Shown: positions 62,978 through 64,000 of the stretch, piece after piece
How positions within the stretch are numbered: position 1 is the stretch's first letter
Layout: each line of letters starts with the position of its first letter
NCBI GenBank assembly: GCA_965223295.1
Contig: CBDCWC010000002.1
Location: 256,001-320,000 of the forward strand
DNA: 64,000 nt
Source: Nitrospirales bacterium
GTDB taxonomy: Bacteria > Nitrospirota > Nitrospiria > Nitrospirales > UBA8639
Reading direction: 5' to 3'
Made by a program: the position numbers and the translations under genes
Notes under the pieces: model-generated
Seen by the model: only the letters and a program-made list of their open reading frames with translations
Databases searched by the model: none
Told to the model about the DNA's origin: nothing

Positions 62978-63424
62978 ATGAGAATGGTTATTCCTATGAT
63001 TATTTTGGTTCTTTTCCCTGTTTTGGTCTTTGCGCAAACCAATCCGGGGATGCCTCCCAATATGCCGATGGATAGGGAAAAGATGCAGAGGATGCAGGAG
63101 ATGCAGAAAAATATGCAAAATATGGATATGGGAAAATTGCAAGAAGCTATGGCGTGTATGAAAACGATTGATCGGTCGGCGTTAAAAGGATTAGACGAAG
63201 AAGGAAAGAAAATACAAGCCGAGCTGAAAGAGTTGTGCAGAAGTGGAAATCGTGATGAGGCACAGGAAAAGGCTATGGAGTACGGAAAAGACATGATGAG
63301 CAGGCCAGAAATCAAGAAAATGCGTGAATGCAGCAAGAAGGCTGAGGGCATGATGCCTAAAATGGGTTTTGAAGATTTGATGGAAGAGGGAAAAGATCGT
63401 CATGTCTGTGATGATTTTCCTTGA
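62978..63424 (+). CDS. Exported Met-rich hypothetical protein
   Basis: Signal peptide; Met/Gln-rich helical segment; four Cys; C-terminal HVCD; AAGGAG RBS. Confidence 0.75.
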   Translation: MRMVIPMIILVLFPVLVFAQTNPGMPPNMPMDREKMQRMQEMQKNMQNMDMGKLQEAMACMKTIDRSALKGLDEEGKKIQAELKELCRSGNRDEAQEKAMEYGKDMMSRPEIKKMRECSKKAEGMMPKMGFEDLMEEGKDRHVCDDFP

Positions 63425-63437
63425 ATCACTTGAGGGT

Positions 63438-63519
63438 ATATTCCCCGCTGCTTGCGGCGTCATAAACTACTCGCATGAGCGAGTACATTCATAATACCCC
63501 GTCCGTTTGCGGCGGGGAT
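63438..63519. repeat. Small palindromic REP-like element
   Basis: Two related GC hairpins (CCCCGCTGCTTGCGGCG and CCCCGTCCGTTTGCGGCGGGG) bracket the hairpin TACTCGC-ATGA-GCGAGTA. Confidence 0.5.
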
Positions 63520-63661
63520 CATTTATTAGCGCCGTAAGAACGTATGAGAGAACAAGTTGTTTTTAAGACATTTAGGAAAATGTGTTTCCTTTTTATGCAT
63601 TTCCCTTTCTCTAGAGCATGTGAAAGTAGATGAAGGGGGAGAATGGAAAGGCATATTGTTG

Positions 63662-64000
63662 GTGAGACATTGGTGCCAATTTTTTACGTGTGCCATTATG
63701 CTCTGTTGGTCTATGGCGGCATGGGCGGAAATCGATCGAACTCTTCTGGTTGGAGATTGGTGTTTGGTGGATCAATCGATGCTGGGATATCGCTTTGAGT
63801 CCTCACCACCCAAAGTGATACGTGACAATTTGAAGACGAAAGTCGGACAACGTTATCAATTTATCGATAACCATACGGTGGACATACAGATGAATGATAA
63901 GACGAGTGCCAGGTTCACGTACAAAATTTCTGGCAAGAAACAAAACCGGATTCGCATTAAAAAGTGGGAGAGCTTTGCCGTGACTTCTTTGACAGACTCT
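63662..64000 (+). CDS. Hypothetical exported protein, 3'-truncated by window end
   Basis: Frame open to the window end (…MLCWSMAAWAEIDRTLLVGDWC…); start uncertain. Confidence 0.55.
   Translation, partial: MRHWCQFFTCAIMLCWSMAAWAEIDRTLLVGDWCLVDQSMLGYRFESSPPKVIRDNLKTKVGQRYQFIDNHTVDIQMNDKTSARFTYKISGKKQNRIRIKKWESFAVTSLTDS

Overview
A 64-kb bacterial chromosome segment. The gene families and the repeat suggest a Nitrospirota (Nitrospirales-like) organism, but that is inference only. It has four blocks. (1) 0.1-15.5 kb is mostly housekeeping: a Lys-rich/acidic histone-H1-like protein, a peroxiredoxin, scpA-scpB, an FAD/Fe-S oxidoreductase, a ThiS/MoaD-like protein, rmuC and ftsH. (2) 16.3-42.4 kb looks like a low-oxygen/stress island: four tandem-domain universal stress genes (one frameshifted), two CBS proteins, a cupredoxin, a FixL-like PAS kinase with a sigma54 response regulator, CDF/CPA2/BCCT transporters, a cytochrome c, ackA, phosphoketolase and pcm, with several sigma54 (-24/-12) promoters. 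(3) 43.2-56.9 kb holds two tandem paralogous ~1,630-aa secreted multicopper-oxidase genes, each with a sigma54-like promoter, a structured leader and a terminator. Upstream lies a sigma54 activator with a Cys-rich CxxCH sensor; downstream lie a Sel1 protein, a CxxHxxM blue-copper-like protein and a DUF3365-like cytochrome c. (4) 57.0-62.8 kb is a lexA-imuA-imuB-dnaE2 mutagenesis cassette with an apparently leaderless promoter that contains a 9-bp direct repeat (candidate novel SOS box). Across the window are 12 copies plus one mini-derivative of a ~190-bp hairpin-forming MITE-like repeat (11-bp imperfect TIRs, 5-bp target duplications). A second MITE family with a related core also occurs. Two of these insertions sit exactly on the start codons of imuA and imuB. 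All calls come from reading motifs by eye; no database search was run.
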